Part shown: positions 35,514 through 46,255 of the stretch, in pieces
Layout: each line of letters begins with the position of its first letter
Position numbering within the stretch: position 1 is the stretch's first letter
DNA from: Paludibacteraceae bacterium
GTDB lineage: Bacteria > Bacteroidota > Bacteroidia > Bacteroidales > Paludibacteraceae
Assembly (NCBI GenBank): GCA_045602425.1
Contig: JAZSBO010000024.1
Span: 17,434 to 81,433, forward strand
Direction: 5' to 3'
DNA length: 64,000 nt
The notes under the pieces: model-generated
The model's input: the letters and a program-made list of their open reading frames with translations, nothing else
What the model was told of the DNA's origin: nothing
Databases searched by the model: none
Made by a program: the position numbers and the translations under genes

Positions 35514-38009
35514 TTACTTGCTTTTTAACTTAAGTGTTGCTTTTTTGACCCCTTTGGCCGATGCTTCGAAAGTGATGTCGCCAGCTTTTTCACCTGCTTG
35601 AACAATTGCTGTAAGCTGTCCGCTGAAAAGCGTCATTTGTGGCAAATGGAATTGTTCTAAACTTGTAGTTTTTCCGTTAGCAGCAGCGCGATATTTGCCA
35701 GCACCTTTCACCTTAAATTTAATTTGACGATCGTCGTCAGGGCAGAGATTACCATCTTTATCCACCACTCGAACATTGATAAAAGAAAGGTCTTTCCCAT
35801 CGGCAGTCAAGCAAGTACGATCAGCCACAAGTTCAATGTGGTGAGGTTTGCCTGCTGTGTGCACTTCTTTTTCTTCTGCAATGTTTCCATCGGCATCATA
35901 AGCCACCACTTTAAGTGTTCCGGGTTCGTATTTTGCATCCATCCACATCAAGCGATAGCGACGCTGACGTACCAACGAATCTAAAGCAGCATCTGTTCCT
36001 GATTCATTCAAGTCCATATCCAATACTTTGGTTTGAACGCCTTGACTTTTGCCATTGATAAACAATTCGGCAGAAGGATAAGATGTGTAAACAAATACTG
36101 GAGTTGTTTCGCCTTCGCGACCATTCCAAGTCCAGTGAGGCAATACGTGCAATGTACTTTCTTCTTTGTTCCAAAAACTACGATAGAGGTAATAACGGTC
36201 TTTTGGAATACCAGCAAGATCGATAATTCCGAATAGAGAACTATGACTTGGCCAATCTTCGTAGTATGGAGTTGGTTCTCCTAAATAATCAAAACCTGTC
36301 CAAACAAATTCGCCCATACAATATGGCAACATTTCGTATTGAATAAAATCATCATCGGCAAGACATCCCCATCCAACGTGTTCTACGTCGTATGAAGAAG
36401 CTTGATGATCAGGATATTTTGCCATACGTTTGCGTACAACAGGGAATTTGTAAACGCCACGAGAACTCAAACCCGAGGTTGTTTCGCTACCGAGCAAAAG
36501 TCGTTGAGGAAGTTTCTTATAATTCTGTTGGTATTTGTGCGAACGATAGTTGAATCCTGCAACGTCCATTACAGCAGCAAAATTGTTATTAATAACAGCA
36601 TCAGGATTATCCATTCCTTGAGTAACAGGACGAGTTGGATCTTCGCGATGGCAAATATCTTGAAGCATTTTAGCTGTTTTGCATTCACCTTCAACTCCTT
36701 GATTTGGCACTTCGTTACCAATGCACCACATCACAATACTTGGATTGTTGCGATAGTGATGAATTAAATTCACCAAATCACGTTCTACCCATTCATTGAA
36801 AAAGCGATTGTAACCGTTCTTGCATTTTGCAATTTGCCACTCGTCAAAACTTTCGGCCATGAGCATCATTCCCATTTCGTCACAAGCCTCAACCAACTCT
36901 GGAGCAGGCATATTGTGCGAAGTACGAATTGCATTGCAACCCATATCTTTCAAAATGCGAACCTGACGACGTATTGCAGCCACATTCACAGCAGCACCAA
37001 GTGGTCCAAGGTCGTGATGATTACAAACACCTTTAAAAATGATTTTTTTGCCATTCATGTAGAATCCATCATCGGGACGCAACTCCAATGAGCGAACTCC
37101 AAAACGAGTTGTATAAGAATCTTTTAGCACACCATTTTCAAAAATCTCCGATTTTGCAACATACAAATTAGGATTTTCTACCGACCACAACGCAGGTTTA
37201 TCAAGAATGAAGTTTTGCTCAAAAGAGTTTTTCTCGTACTTGTTGAGCGAGGTTTCTTCTATTGCCACAACGTTGTTTTGAGCATCATGAATTGTAGTTT
37301 TCAACTTCAACGATTCCCATTGTGTAGTTTGTGCATATTTCACATTTGTTTTAATAACAACTTTTGCATATTCATCGTTTACAACAGGAGTTGTAACACA
37401 CGTTCCCCAAACTGGGATATGAGTTTTTTCAGTTACGATTAAATGCACGTTACGATAAATACCAGCTCCCGGATACCAACGCGAAGATTCGGGCATATTT
37501 TCCAAACGAACAGCAAGCGTGTTTTTACCATTATCAGAAACAAATTTAGTAATATCTACGACAAAAGAGTTATAACCATACTTCCATTCGCCAGCTTTTT
37601 TGCCATTTACAAAGACTTGTGGTTCACTCATCGCTCCATCAAAAAGCAATTCCACCTGCTTACCTTCCGACATTTTTGGTGCATCAAATTGCAAACGATA
37701 CCAACCAAGTCCAACAAAAGGCAACCCTCCTGTACGACCAGCATGCTCTAAAGCCTCTTTTTGCCCATCTTGTAAAATAGCTACATTTTGCTTATCGTTT
37801 TGTGAACTAAAAGGACCGTAAATAGCCCAATCGTGAGGGACGACCACTGTTTGCCACTTGCAATCATTCACACCTACATCAGAGAATTGCTCATTATCTT
37901 CTCTTGTAAATTTCCACCCTTTTTCCAACAATGTTTCAGTACGCACGTTGGTTGCAAAAGTTGTCGCAAACACCCCTAAAGCAATAATAAATCCAAATAA
38001 TCTTTTCAT
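35514..38009 (-). CDS. GH2 beta-galactosidase-type glycoside hydrolase
   Basis: 831 aa. Signal peptide. WQTVVVPHDWAIYGPF, NAIRTSHNMPAPELVEACDEMGMMLMAE, CIGNEVPNQ (acid/base) and MGEFVWTGFDYLGEP (nucleophile). Confidence 0.85.
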   Translation of the reverse strand: MKRLFGFIIALGVFATTFATNVRTETLLEKGWKFTREDNEQFSDVGVNDCKWQTVVVPHDWAIYGPFSSQNDKQNVAILQDGQKEALEHAGRTGGLPFVGLGWYRLQFDAPKMSEGKQVELLFDGAMSEPQVFVNGKKAGEWKYGYNSFVVDITKFVSDNGKNTLAVRLENMPESSRWYPGAGIYRNVHLIVTEKTHIPVWGTCVTTPVVNDEYAKVVIKTNVKYAQTTQWESLKLKTTIHDAQNNVVAIEETSLNKYEKNSFEQNFILDKPALWSVENPNLYVAKSEIFENGVLKDSYTTRFGVRSLELRPDDGFYMNGKKIIFKGVCNHHDLGPLGAAVNVAAIRRQVRILKDMGCNAIRTSHNMPAPELVEACDEMGMMLMAESFDEWQIAKCKNGYNRFFNEWVERDLVNLIHHYRNNPSIVMWCIGNEVPNQGVEGECKTAKMLQDICHREDPTRPVTQGMDNPDAVINNNFAAVMDVAGFNYRSHKYQQNYKKLPQRLLLGSETTSGLSSRGVYKFPVVRKRMAKYPDHQASSYDVEHVGWGCLADDDFIQYEMLPYCMGEFVWTGFDYLGEPTPYYEDWPSHSSLFGIIDLAGIPKDRYYLYRSFWNKEESTLHVLPHWTWNGREGETTPVFVYTSYPSAELFINGKSQGVQTKVLDMDLNESGTDAALDSLVRQRRYRLMWMDAKYEPGTLKVVAYDADGNIAEEKEVHTAGKPHHIELVADRTCLTADGKDLSFINVRVVDKDGNLCPDDDRQIKFKVKGAGKYRAAANGKTTSLEQFHLPQMTLFSGQLTAIVQAGEKAGDITFEASAKGVKKATLKLKSK

Positions 38010-38163
38010 ATAAATAAAATTCTAAAAATTTGAACAAAGGTAAGTGTTTTTGCTATTAAGTGCAACCTTTGACTTCTAATGAAAAAGTTGTTAATAAGTT
38101 TTTGTTCAATGTTTGTAAGGAAAGTATGATTCTTGTAAATTTGCAAAAATCATTTGGACATTA

Positions 38164-39570
38164 ATGAAAAACGAAAACCTCAGGAAACCTGATCCCGAAG
38201 TGTTAGAAGCTGTTCGCAAATATGAACATTCTGACAAAAACACTTATTTCGACACAGAAGAGTTTGAAATGATTATTGAATATTATCTTGATAAAGACAA
38301 CGATAAAGATGCTGCAATAGCATTGGATTTAGGTTTAAGACTACATCCTTATTCAGAAGAACTAAAATTAAAAAAAGTTCAAATCTTGACTATATGGGAG
38401 AGTTTTGACAAGGCATTAGAAGTATTGGATAATGAAATTGATCCAGATGATATAGAAGCTTTATTTTGGAGAGGAAATATTTTTGTTCAACAAGACAAAA
38501 TAGAGCAAGCTCTTGAAATATACAATCGATTGATAGAGTATGAAAAAGACGATGAAAATTTTGACGATTTATGTCTTGATATCGCATATACGTTTAATAA
38601 AGATGAATATATTTCGTATGCTTTAGATTTTATAGAAAAAGGATTTAAATTCAATCCGCAAAATCACGAATTAATATTGCATTATGCGAATCTAAATATC
38701 CTTTTAGAAAAATATGATTATGCTAAAAATCTATTAAACAAACTTTTAGATAAAGATCCTTATCATCAATATGCATGGAAACTGCTATCTAGCATTTATT
38801 ATTTTCAAAAAGATCATATTGAAGCTTTAGATGCTATAGAATATGCAATCTTACTTCATAAAAAAGACATAGAAGCATGGTCGTTAAAAGGTGAAATTTC
38901 TTATCATCTAAATCATTACGACAATGCAATTTCATGCTTTCAAAATGTTTTAAAATTATCTCAAAATACAGAAAAACATGCTACAACGTACGAATGGTTA
39001 GGAGATTGTTATGATATCAAAGAGGAATACGAACATGCTCTATATTTCTATCAAGAAAGTATCCGATTAAATCAAATCTTGGGTATTGAAGACTCAAGAT
39101 TATATATAAATTGCTTAAATTGTTTGCTTGAACTAGAACATTTCAAAGAATGTGAAACATTAGCTAATAAATGCATTATAAAGTTCCCTGATATGAGCAT
39201 TTTTTACAACTATTTAGCTGAAGTTTTTTTGGCTCAGGATAAGCCAATGGAAGGGAGAAACGCATTCCTAAAATCGTTAGAATTAAATCCTAAGCAACTC
39301 AACATAAACTTTGCTATCGGTAATATATATTTTGATTGCAAAGATTATAAAAATGCTTTAAAATATTTTCATAAAACCTACGATTTAGAGCCAAATGAAC
39401 ATATTGCATTACTTTTAGCTTGCACATATTTCAAAATTAAAGACATGCAAAAAGCAAAAGATTTTTTTATGGTCGCATACAAGAAACACCATAATTCAAC
39501 ATCGTTTTTTTTAGAAAAATGTCCTGAAGGTCAAGATTTTATAGACAATATTTCAAAAATAAAAAAATAG
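38164..39570 (+). CDS. TPR-repeat protein
   Basis: 468 aa. Repeated 34-aa-like units with A..Y/F....L..P patterns, for example ALKYFHKTYDLEPNE. Confidence 0.6.
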   Translation: MKNENLRKPDPEVLEAVRKYEHSDKNTYFDTEEFEMIIEYYLDKDNDKDAAIALDLGLRLHPYSEELKLKKVQILTIWESFDKALEVLDNEIDPDDIEALFWRGNIFVQQDKIEQALEIYNRLIEYEKDDENFDDLCLDIAYTFNKDEYISYALDFIEKGFKFNPQNHELILHYANLNILLEKYDYAKNLLNKLLDKDPYHQYAWKLLSSIYYFQKDHIEALDAIEYAILLHKKDIEAWSLKGEISYHLNHYDNAISCFQNVLKLSQNTEKHATTYEWLGDCYDIKEEYEHALYFYQESIRLNQILGIEDSRLYINCLNCLLELEHFKECETLANKCIIKFPDMSIFYNYLAEVFLAQDKPMEGRNAFLKSLELNPKQLNINFAIGNIYFDCKDYKNALKYFHKTYDLEPNEHIALLLACTYFKIKDMQKAKDFFMVAYKKHHNSTSFFLEKCPEGQDFIDNISKIKK

Positions 39571-39578
39571 GGAATCAG

Positions 39579-40307
39579 ATGAAAAATAAACTTACATTAC
39601 TTTTATTATTTTGCTCATTAGGAGTTTTCGCTACAACAAAAAACGACACGATTCAAAACGAATCTATATTACAGAAAGTAGAGCAATGGTATGGTGAAAA
39701 CATGAATTATTTCAGCATAACGGCATTAATGACTATAGAAAGTTCATTTATTCCTTTCCCTTCAGAAATAGTAATACCTCCAGCAGTATATGTAGCCAAT
39801 CGTGCTGATAGTAGTTTAAACGTCACCTCATCGTACACTTTAAATATTTTACTGATTATTCTATTTGGAACAATAGGAGCTATTTTAGGAGCAATCCTTA
39901 ATTATTTTTTAGCGATGTGGTTAGGGCGACCTATCATTCATAAATTTGCAGATAGTAAAATCGGTAATTTATGTCTATTAAGTAGTAAAAAAATACAAGA
40001 AGCTGAAGATTATTTTAACAAACATGGGAAAATATCGACATTCGTAGGACGTTTAATACCTGGAATCCGACAATTAATTTCTATTCCTGCAGGTTTAGCA
40101 AAAATGAATTTTTGGACTTTTATAGGATTTACAGCTTTAGGTGCTGGCATTTGGAACGTTGTATTAGCAATTCTTGGTTATATTGCTCATGGTCAAGCAG
40201 ACCTTATTGACAAGTATAACCACGAAATATCCGTAGCAATTCTAATATTATTAGCAGTTTGTATACTTTTGTTTATTGCAAAAAAAATCTTCAATAGAAA
40301 AAAATAA
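39579..40307 (+). CDS. DedA/SNARE-associated family membrane protein
   Basis: 242 aa. ESSFIPFPSEIVIPPA and FVGRLIPGIRQLISIPAG motifs. Confidence 0.8.
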   Translation: MKNKLTLLLLFCSLGVFATTKNDTIQNESILQKVEQWYGENMNYFSITALMTIESSFIPFPSEIVIPPAVYVANRADSSLNVTSSYTLNILLIILFGTIGAILGAILNYFLAMWLGRPIIHKFADSKIGNLCLLSSKKIQEAEDYFNKHGKISTFVGRLIPGIRQLISIPAGLAKMNFWTFIGFTALGAGIWNVVLAILGYIAHGQADLIDKYNHEISVAILILLAVCILLFIAKKIFNRKK

Positions 40308-40311
40308 TTCT

Positions 40312-41049
40312 ATGCAAAAGTTTGGATTAATAGGTAAAAGTCTTGTTCACTCTTTCTCTAAAAAATATTTCACTGAAAAATTTGAGAAAGAGGCAATTGA
40401 TGCAACCTACGAACTACTTTCGTTAAACAATTTAAATGAGTTGAGAAACATTATCCAACAAGAATCTTTTTGTGGGCTGAATGTTACTATTCCATACAAA
40501 ACAGTTGTTTTGCCACTACTAAATGACATTGATGATAAAGCAAGAAATATTGGAGCTGTAAATGTTATCCAAATTACTCAAAAACAAAACGCTGTCTATT
40601 TAAAAGGTTTTAATACCGATGTTATTGGTTTCAAAAATTCATTAAAACCATTATTAAAGTCGTGGCACAAAAATGCACTCGTTCTTGGCACAGGTGGAGC
40701 CGCAAAAGCAATTTGTTTTGTATTAAAAGAATTAGGGATAAACATACAACTTGTTTCTCGCAGAAAGACTTCAGACACAATTACCTACGAAGAAATTAAC
40801 GAAGAAATTATAAAAACTAATTTGCTGATTGTCAACACTACTCCATTAGGTACATTTCCTAATATCGAATCGTGTCCGAATATTCCTTATGAGTTTTTGA
40901 CGGACAAACATTTACTTTTCGATTTGGTTTACAATCCCGCACAAACATTATTTTTACAAAAAGGGTTACAACACGGAACTTCAGTAAAAAACGGTTATGA
41001 CATGCTGATTGAACAAGCCGAAGCCGCATGGAAAATTTGGAATTTATAA
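40312..41049 (+). CDS. aroE: Shikimate dehydrogenase
   Basis: Likely start MQKFGLIGKSLVHSFSKKYF at 40312 (the track ORF is over-extended). NVTIPYK and GTGGAAKA motifs. Confidence 0.85.
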   Translation: MQKFGLIGKSLVHSFSKKYFTEKFEKEAIDATYELLSLNNLNELRNIIQQESFCGLNVTIPYKTVVLPLLNDIDDKARNIGAVNVIQITQKQNAVYLKGFNTDVIGFKNSLKPLLKSWHKNALVLGTGGAAKAICFVLKELGINIQLVSRRKTSDTITYEEINEEIIKTNLLIVNTTPLGTFPNIESCPNIPYEFLTDKHLLFDLVYNPAQTLFLQKGLQHGTSVKNGYDMLIEQAEAAWKIWNL

Positions 41050-41059
41050 AATTAAATAG

Positions 41060-43000
41060 ATGAAAAAATTATTTATTATTTGTGGATTATTAATTGTTTC
41101 CACATTCTCTTTTGCTCAAATTTTAGAGCCAATAACTTGGACTATTTCAGGACAAGAAAAAAACGATAGTATTTTCGAAATAGTATTTAATGCAAAAATC
41201 GAAAAAGGTTGGCATCTTTATGCTACAGATATTCCAAAAGGAGGTCCACAGCCTACCTCATTTAATTTTGTAAAATTAAATTCTGCTAACTTGCTTGGTA
41301 AAGTTGAAACGACAAAAATTGCAGAAAAATCTTTTGATGAAAATTTTCAAATGAATTTGGAATGGTACGAACAAGAGGTTTCTTTTACTCAACTTTTAAA
41401 CATTGGTAACGATTTTTCAATAAAAGGATATGTAGAATTTATGGGCTGCAACAACAGTAATTGTTTACCTCCATCACGAATTGATTTCTCGTTTGGAGAG
41501 GCTCAAGAAAATTCATTACAAGTTGCTGCATTGAACACAATATCACCAATTTCAAATATATCCGAAGATTTATGGGAGCCTGTCATTGATGAGTTACGTA
41601 GTTTTGATTCACACACATCTACAACAACAAGCGATTCTTTACTTTGGATTTTCATCAAAGGTTTTTTAGGCGGTTTTATAGCTTTGCTTACGCCTTGTGT
41701 TTGGCCTATAATTCCAATGACAGTGAGTTTCTTTTTAAAAAAATCCAAAAGCAAACGAAAAGGATTGCTTGATGCTATTCTTTTTGGTGTCTCTATCATT
41801 TTTATCTATCTCTTTTTAGGTATTGTCATTACATTACTTTTTGGAGCAAGTGCACTGAATAGTCTCTCTACAAATGCTGTTTTCAACTTATTCTTTTTCC
41901 TTTTATTATTAGTGTTTTCTATCTCATTTTTTGGAGCATTCGAAATCACATTACCATCGTCGTGGAGTACAAAGATTAATGCAAAATCAGAATCCACAAC
42001 GGGATTTTTAAGCATACTTTTAATGGCTTTCACATTGGCTCTTGTTTCTTTTTCGTGTACAGGTCCAATCATTGGCACATTGCTCGTTGATGTATCGGTT
42101 AATGGTTCTTTATTAGCACCTGCTATTGGTATGGGAGGCTTTGCTGTTGCATTAGCATTGCCCTTTACATTGTTTGCTATATTCCCTACTTGGTTAAAAT
42201 CATTACCAAAATCTGGAGGTTGGCTCAATTCGGTAAAAGTTGTTTTAGGATTTCTTGAATTAGCATTTGCTTTAAAATTTTTCTCGGTAGCCGACTTAGC
42301 TTATGGTTGGCATTTGCTCGACCGCGAAACATTTTTAGTACTCTGGATTGTAATTTTTGCTATGATGGGATTCTATCTATTAGGGAAAATCAAATTCCCA
42401 CATGATTCAGAATTGAAACATGTTTCTGTTCCACGATTCTTTTTAAGTTTACTATCATTAGCATTTGCTATATATTTAATCCCTGGACTTTGGGGAGCTC
42501 CATTAAAAGCAGTAAGTGCTTTTGCTCCACCACTCTATACTCAAGATTTTAATTTGTACGAAAAAGAAACGCATGCTGTATTTGACGATTATGAACAAGG
42601 TATGAATTATGCGAAAAAAGTGAACAAACCTGTTTTGATCGATTTTTCTGGCTATGGTTGCGTAAATTGTCGAAAAATGGAATCTGCTGTTTGGACAGAA
42701 AGTAGCGTAAATTCAATGCTTACTAATGATTTTGTATTGATCACACTTTTTGTTGATGACAAAACATCTTTAAATGAACCTGTTACAATTATAGAGCAAG
42801 GGAAAGAACGCATACTACGAACTGTTGGAGACAGAAACAGTTATCTTCAACGTCATAAATTTGGTGCAAATGCTCAACCGTTTTACGTAATTTTAAATCA
42901 TGAAGGAAAACCTTTAGCAGGAAGTTATTCTTTTGATGAAAATCCACAAAATTTCATCGATTACTTAAATATTGGTTTAAAAAACTTCAAAAAAGATTAG
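41060..43000 (+). CDS. dsbD: DsbD-like thiol:disulfide interchange protein
   Basis: 646 aa. N-terminal domain with WHLYA. TM core with LTPCVWPIIP and FSCTGPIIG. C-terminal thioredoxin domain with GYGCVNCRKME. Confidence 0.8.
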   Translation: MKKLFIICGLLIVSTFSFAQILEPITWTISGQEKNDSIFEIVFNAKIEKGWHLYATDIPKGGPQPTSFNFVKLNSANLLGKVETTKIAEKSFDENFQMNLEWYEQEVSFTQLLNIGNDFSIKGYVEFMGCNNSNCLPPSRIDFSFGEAQENSLQVAALNTISPISNISEDLWEPVIDELRSFDSHTSTTTSDSLLWIFIKGFLGGFIALLTPCVWPIIPMTVSFFLKKSKSKRKGLLDAILFGVSIIFIYLFLGIVITLLFGASALNSLSTNAVFNLFFFLLLLVFSISFFGAFEITLPSSWSTKINAKSESTTGFLSILLMAFTLALVSFSCTGPIIGTLLVDVSVNGSLLAPAIGMGGFAVALALPFTLFAIFPTWLKSLPKSGGWLNSVKVVLGFLELAFALKFFSVADLAYGWHLLDRETFLVLWIVIFAMMGFYLLGKIKFPHDSELKHVSVPRFFLSLLSLAFAIYLIPGLWGAPLKAVSAFAPPLYTQDFNLYEKETHAVFDDYEQGMNYAKKVNKPVLIDFSGYGCVNCRKMESAVWTESSVNSMLTNDFVLITLFVDDKTSLNEPVTIIEQGKERILRTVGDRNSYLQRHKFGANAQPFYVILNHEGKPLAGSYSFDENPQNFIDYLNIGLKNFKKD

Positions 43001-43003
43001 AAT

Positions 43004-46000
43004 ATGAAAAAACATTTTTTATTCCTCATTATCATATGTTTACTAATTTCTTGTTCAGAAAAGCGAGAATTAAGTTTAGCAGGAAAATGGTCTGTAGTAT
43101 TACATGAAAGCACACGCAAAGACACTTTATTTAAACCGAATAGAGGGCTCGGTCCAACTCAAAACGTAATGTATCAACCTACCATTTTGAATGAAAATGC
43201 TAAAGTTGAAGGGACAATCAATTTGCCTGGCACTTTAGACGAATATGGTTATGGCAATAAGGTAGAAGATGCTTTTTTAGGATGTCTTTCAAGAAAAACA
43301 CAATTTATAGGCGAAGCCGTTTATTCTCGTAAAATAAGGACAACAGAAACAACTTCGTGGAAAATTATTTTCGAGCGTGTACTTTGGAAAAGTTCATTAA
43401 AAATAGATGGTCGAGTAATTGGATCATGCGAATCACTCTCTACTCCACATACATTCGTTGTAGAAAATCTTCCTGCAGGAAACCACATTATAGAAGTTAC
43501 AATTGACAATACAATGATTCATCGGATAGGGGAAAAAGGACATGCCTACGGTGAACATATGCAAACTATTTGGAATGGCATCCTCGGAAAAATGATAATG
43601 CAAAAAATTGAAACACCAATACTTGAAAATGTACGCATAAATGCACCTTTTGAATGTGATAAAATTCAAATTTATTTTGATTGTAATAGTAATACATTGA
43701 CCAATCTAAATCTTGTTCTTCGCGATAAAAAAACAAAAGAAATTATTCTTGATCAAGAAGTTTCTATAACAAAAAATGCAGGGAAGAATCTTATTTCTAT
43801 TCCATTAAAACCTAATCAAGTTCAGTTGTGGAGTGAATTTAATCCTCAACTTTATTTGCTTGAACTACGAGATCGGAACTATTTGCTACTCGAAAAAACT
43901 ATCGGCTTTCGCTCATTTAAACGTGAAGGCAATCAAATGTTTGTCAATGGAGAACCTCTATTTTTAAGAGGCAATTTGGACAATTGTCATTTCCCTTTGA
44001 CAGGCTATCCGAGTATGAAAAAAGAAGATTGGTTAAAGATTTTTTCCATCCAAAAAGAATACGGTTGTAATAATATCCGTTTTCACTCTTATTGTCCTCC
44101 TGAAGCTGCATTTGAAGCTGCAGACGAGTTAGGGATTTACCTTGCCCCCGAAGTTGGAGTATGGATTGATGGTTGGATGCCTGGACAAATCACACCTTTA
44201 GGAATGAACAATTATAGTTTGAACGCTTTTATCAAACAAGAATTAAAAAATATTTGTGATGCTTATGGCACACATGCGAGTTTTGCGATGTTAGGAATAG
44301 GGAACGAATTAGGTAATAGCAATTTTGATAGTCTTCAGATATGGGTTGATGCTGTAAAAAAAATGGAATCTTTCGATAATAATGCAAATTGGCAATCGCG
44401 ATTATATACAATTTCTACAGCACGGACACTAACCTCTGTTGATGATTTTTTTGTAACACATCATTATCCAAACGTTGGTGGCGTTCGTCAATGGATGTTC
44501 CCTCATACAAATTGGAGTTACGAGAATCTTTACTGCCAAACAACTGTACCTACCGTTGCACACGAAATTGGACAATGGCCTGTTTATCCTGATTGGAACG
44601 AAATTGACAAATATACAGGAGTTTTAGAACCTCGCAATTTATTGTCATTAAAACAACATGCTCAAAATAATGGTGTTTTACAATTTAATGAAAAATTCCA
44701 TTTTGCTTCTGGAATGCAAAGTCGCTTGATGTATAAAGACGAAATTGAAAGTTTTATGCGAACTCCATCGTGCCGAGGAATACATTTACTTGGTATGCAA
44801 GATTATTCAGGTCAAGGCGAAGCCTTAATTGGATTTTTAGATAGTTTTTATGAACCCAAAGGATTTTGGTCAGCACAAGAAGCAAGAGGTTGCTTTGCTC
44901 CAATCGTAACATTAGCAGAATTTGAAAAATATGGATGGGAAACTACAGAAACTTTCTCCGCAAAACTATTAGTAAGGAACCAAAAATGCGATTTAAAAAA
45001 CGTACATATTCGTTACAAAATTTTCAATGTAGCAGGGAATTTAATTACAGAAGGAGAGTATTTATCTCAAAATATTAAAAATGGGAAGTTGGCAGATTTC
45101 GGACAAATCACACTTGATTTAGCTCCATATGCTAACGAAAAATTAACATTAGAAACTCAATTATTTGCTGAGAATCAAGTTTGTTCCGAAAAAAACAGTT
45201 GGAATATTTGGGTTTTTCAAGCACAAGACTCTTATCAATCCAATAAAGTTTTATTGACAGACAATTTAGAAACCGCTATTTTCGCATTGAAAAAAGGTGA
45301 TAAAGTAATTCTTGATGCTTCAAAATTAGGTAACGACAAAACTTTTTTGAAAGGTGATTGGGGAGCTGTTTATTGGTCAACAACATGGTTCCCCGGACAA
45401 CAAATGCAAACACTCGGTGTTTGGATGGATAAAAATCACTCATTATTTAAATCTTTCCATAGCGAAGGTTATGCCGACTGGATTTGGTGGAAAATATTTG
45501 AAAAAGGTCGTTGCTTTGATCTAAAAGGACTTTCTACGGATTATTGTCCATCGGCAATGCCAGTGCCTGATTTCCATAACAATCAGCGTTTAGGAAGTAT
45601 TTTTGAATTAAAACTTGGGCAAGGGAAATTATTAGTTACTGGTTATTCGTTAGAAGGCAACTCCATTGAACAAATTGTATATAGAAACGAGCTTATTCGT
45701 TATGCAGAAAGCAACGAATTTTCTCCAACAGAAACTATCTCTGAACAGTGGTTGAACAATTTATTAAATCCCAATGTAACGCAACAAAACCTTGATTTAC
45801 CCGAAGAATTTAGAAATGCTTTATTGTATGTTGAATGTGGTGCAAATGCAACCAATCCATCAAATTGGACAACTGATTTAGATAAATCTATCATAGCAGA
45901 AAATGTTAGTTATGAGATAAAAGGTTTTTCGGTAGTACAAAAAGGTAGTAATTTTACTTGGGCTACAAACACTGACAACGAAGTTATTATTCGTACACCA

Positions 46001-46216
46001 GCAGGCGAACTCGGAATGCTTCATATTGAATTTTTGAACAAAAAAGTTTCAGGTGTAATCGAAGGACGAAACTTTGATAGCAAAGATGCAAGGTCTGTTG
46101 TTTTACCTATTGACAGAGAAGATTGCCTTGATGGAAAACTTTTACTCAATGTAAAAGCAGACAAAGACAATCCTATATATATACAGCGTATTGTATTTGT
46201 CCCCGTAAAAAAATAA
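43004..46216 (+). CDS. Large GH2-like (clan GH-A) glycoside hydrolase lipoprotein, specificity unknown
   Basis: 1070 aa. Lipobox LLISCS. FVNGEPLFLRGN, NNIRFHSYCPPEAAFEAADELGIYL, GIGNELG and AHEIGQWPVYPD. Confidence 0.6.
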   Translation: MKKHFLFLIIICLLISCSEKRELSLAGKWSVVLHESTRKDTLFKPNRGLGPTQNVMYQPTILNENAKVEGTINLPGTLDEYGYGNKVEDAFLGCLSRKTQFIGEAVYSRKIRTTETTSWKIIFERVLWKSSLKIDGRVIGSCESLSTPHTFVVENLPAGNHIIEVTIDNTMIHRIGEKGHAYGEHMQTIWNGILGKMIMQKIETPILENVRINAPFECDKIQIYFDCNSNTLTNLNLVLRDKKTKEIILDQEVSITKNAGKNLISIPLKPNQVQLWSEFNPQLYLLELRDRNYLLLEKTIGFRSFKREGNQMFVNGEPLFLRGNLDNCHFPLTGYPSMKKEDWLKIFSIQKEYGCNNIRFHSYCPPEAAFEAADELGIYLAPEVGVWIDGWMPGQITPLGMNNYSLNAFIKQELKNICDAYGTHASFAMLGIGNELGNSNFDSLQIWVDAVKKMESFDNNANWQSRLYTISTARTLTSVDDFFVTHHYPNVGGVRQWMFPHTNWSYENLYCQTTVPTVAHEIGQWPVYPDWNEIDKYTGVLEPRNLLSLKQHAQNNGVLQFNEKFHFASGMQSRLMYKDEIESFMRTPSCRGIHLLGMQDYSGQGEALIGFLDSFYEPKGFWSAQEARGCFAPIVTLAEFEKYGWETTETFSAKLLVRNQKCDLKNVHIRYKIFNVAGNLITEGEYLSQNIKNGKLADFGQITLDLAPYANEKLTLETQLFAENQVCSEKNSWNIWVFQAQDSYQSNKVLLTDNLETAIFALKKGDKVILDASKLGNDKTFLKGDWGAVYWSTTWFPGQQMQTLGVWMDKNHSLFKSFHSEGYADWIWWKIFEKGRCFDLKGLSTDYCPSAMPVPDFHNNQRLGSIFELKLGQGKLLVTGYSLEGNSIEQIVYRNELIRYAESNEFSPTETISEQWLNNLLNPNVTQQNLDLPEEFRNALLYVECGANATNPSNWTTDLDKSIIAENVSYEIKGFSVVQKGSNFTWATNTDNEVIIRTPAGELGMLHIEFLNKKVSGVIEGRNFDSKDARSVVLPIDREDCLDGKLLLNVKADKDNPIYIQRIVFVPVKK

Positions 46217-46255
46217 AAAAATTAATTTTACCTTAATAGTTTTTGTTTTGTTGTT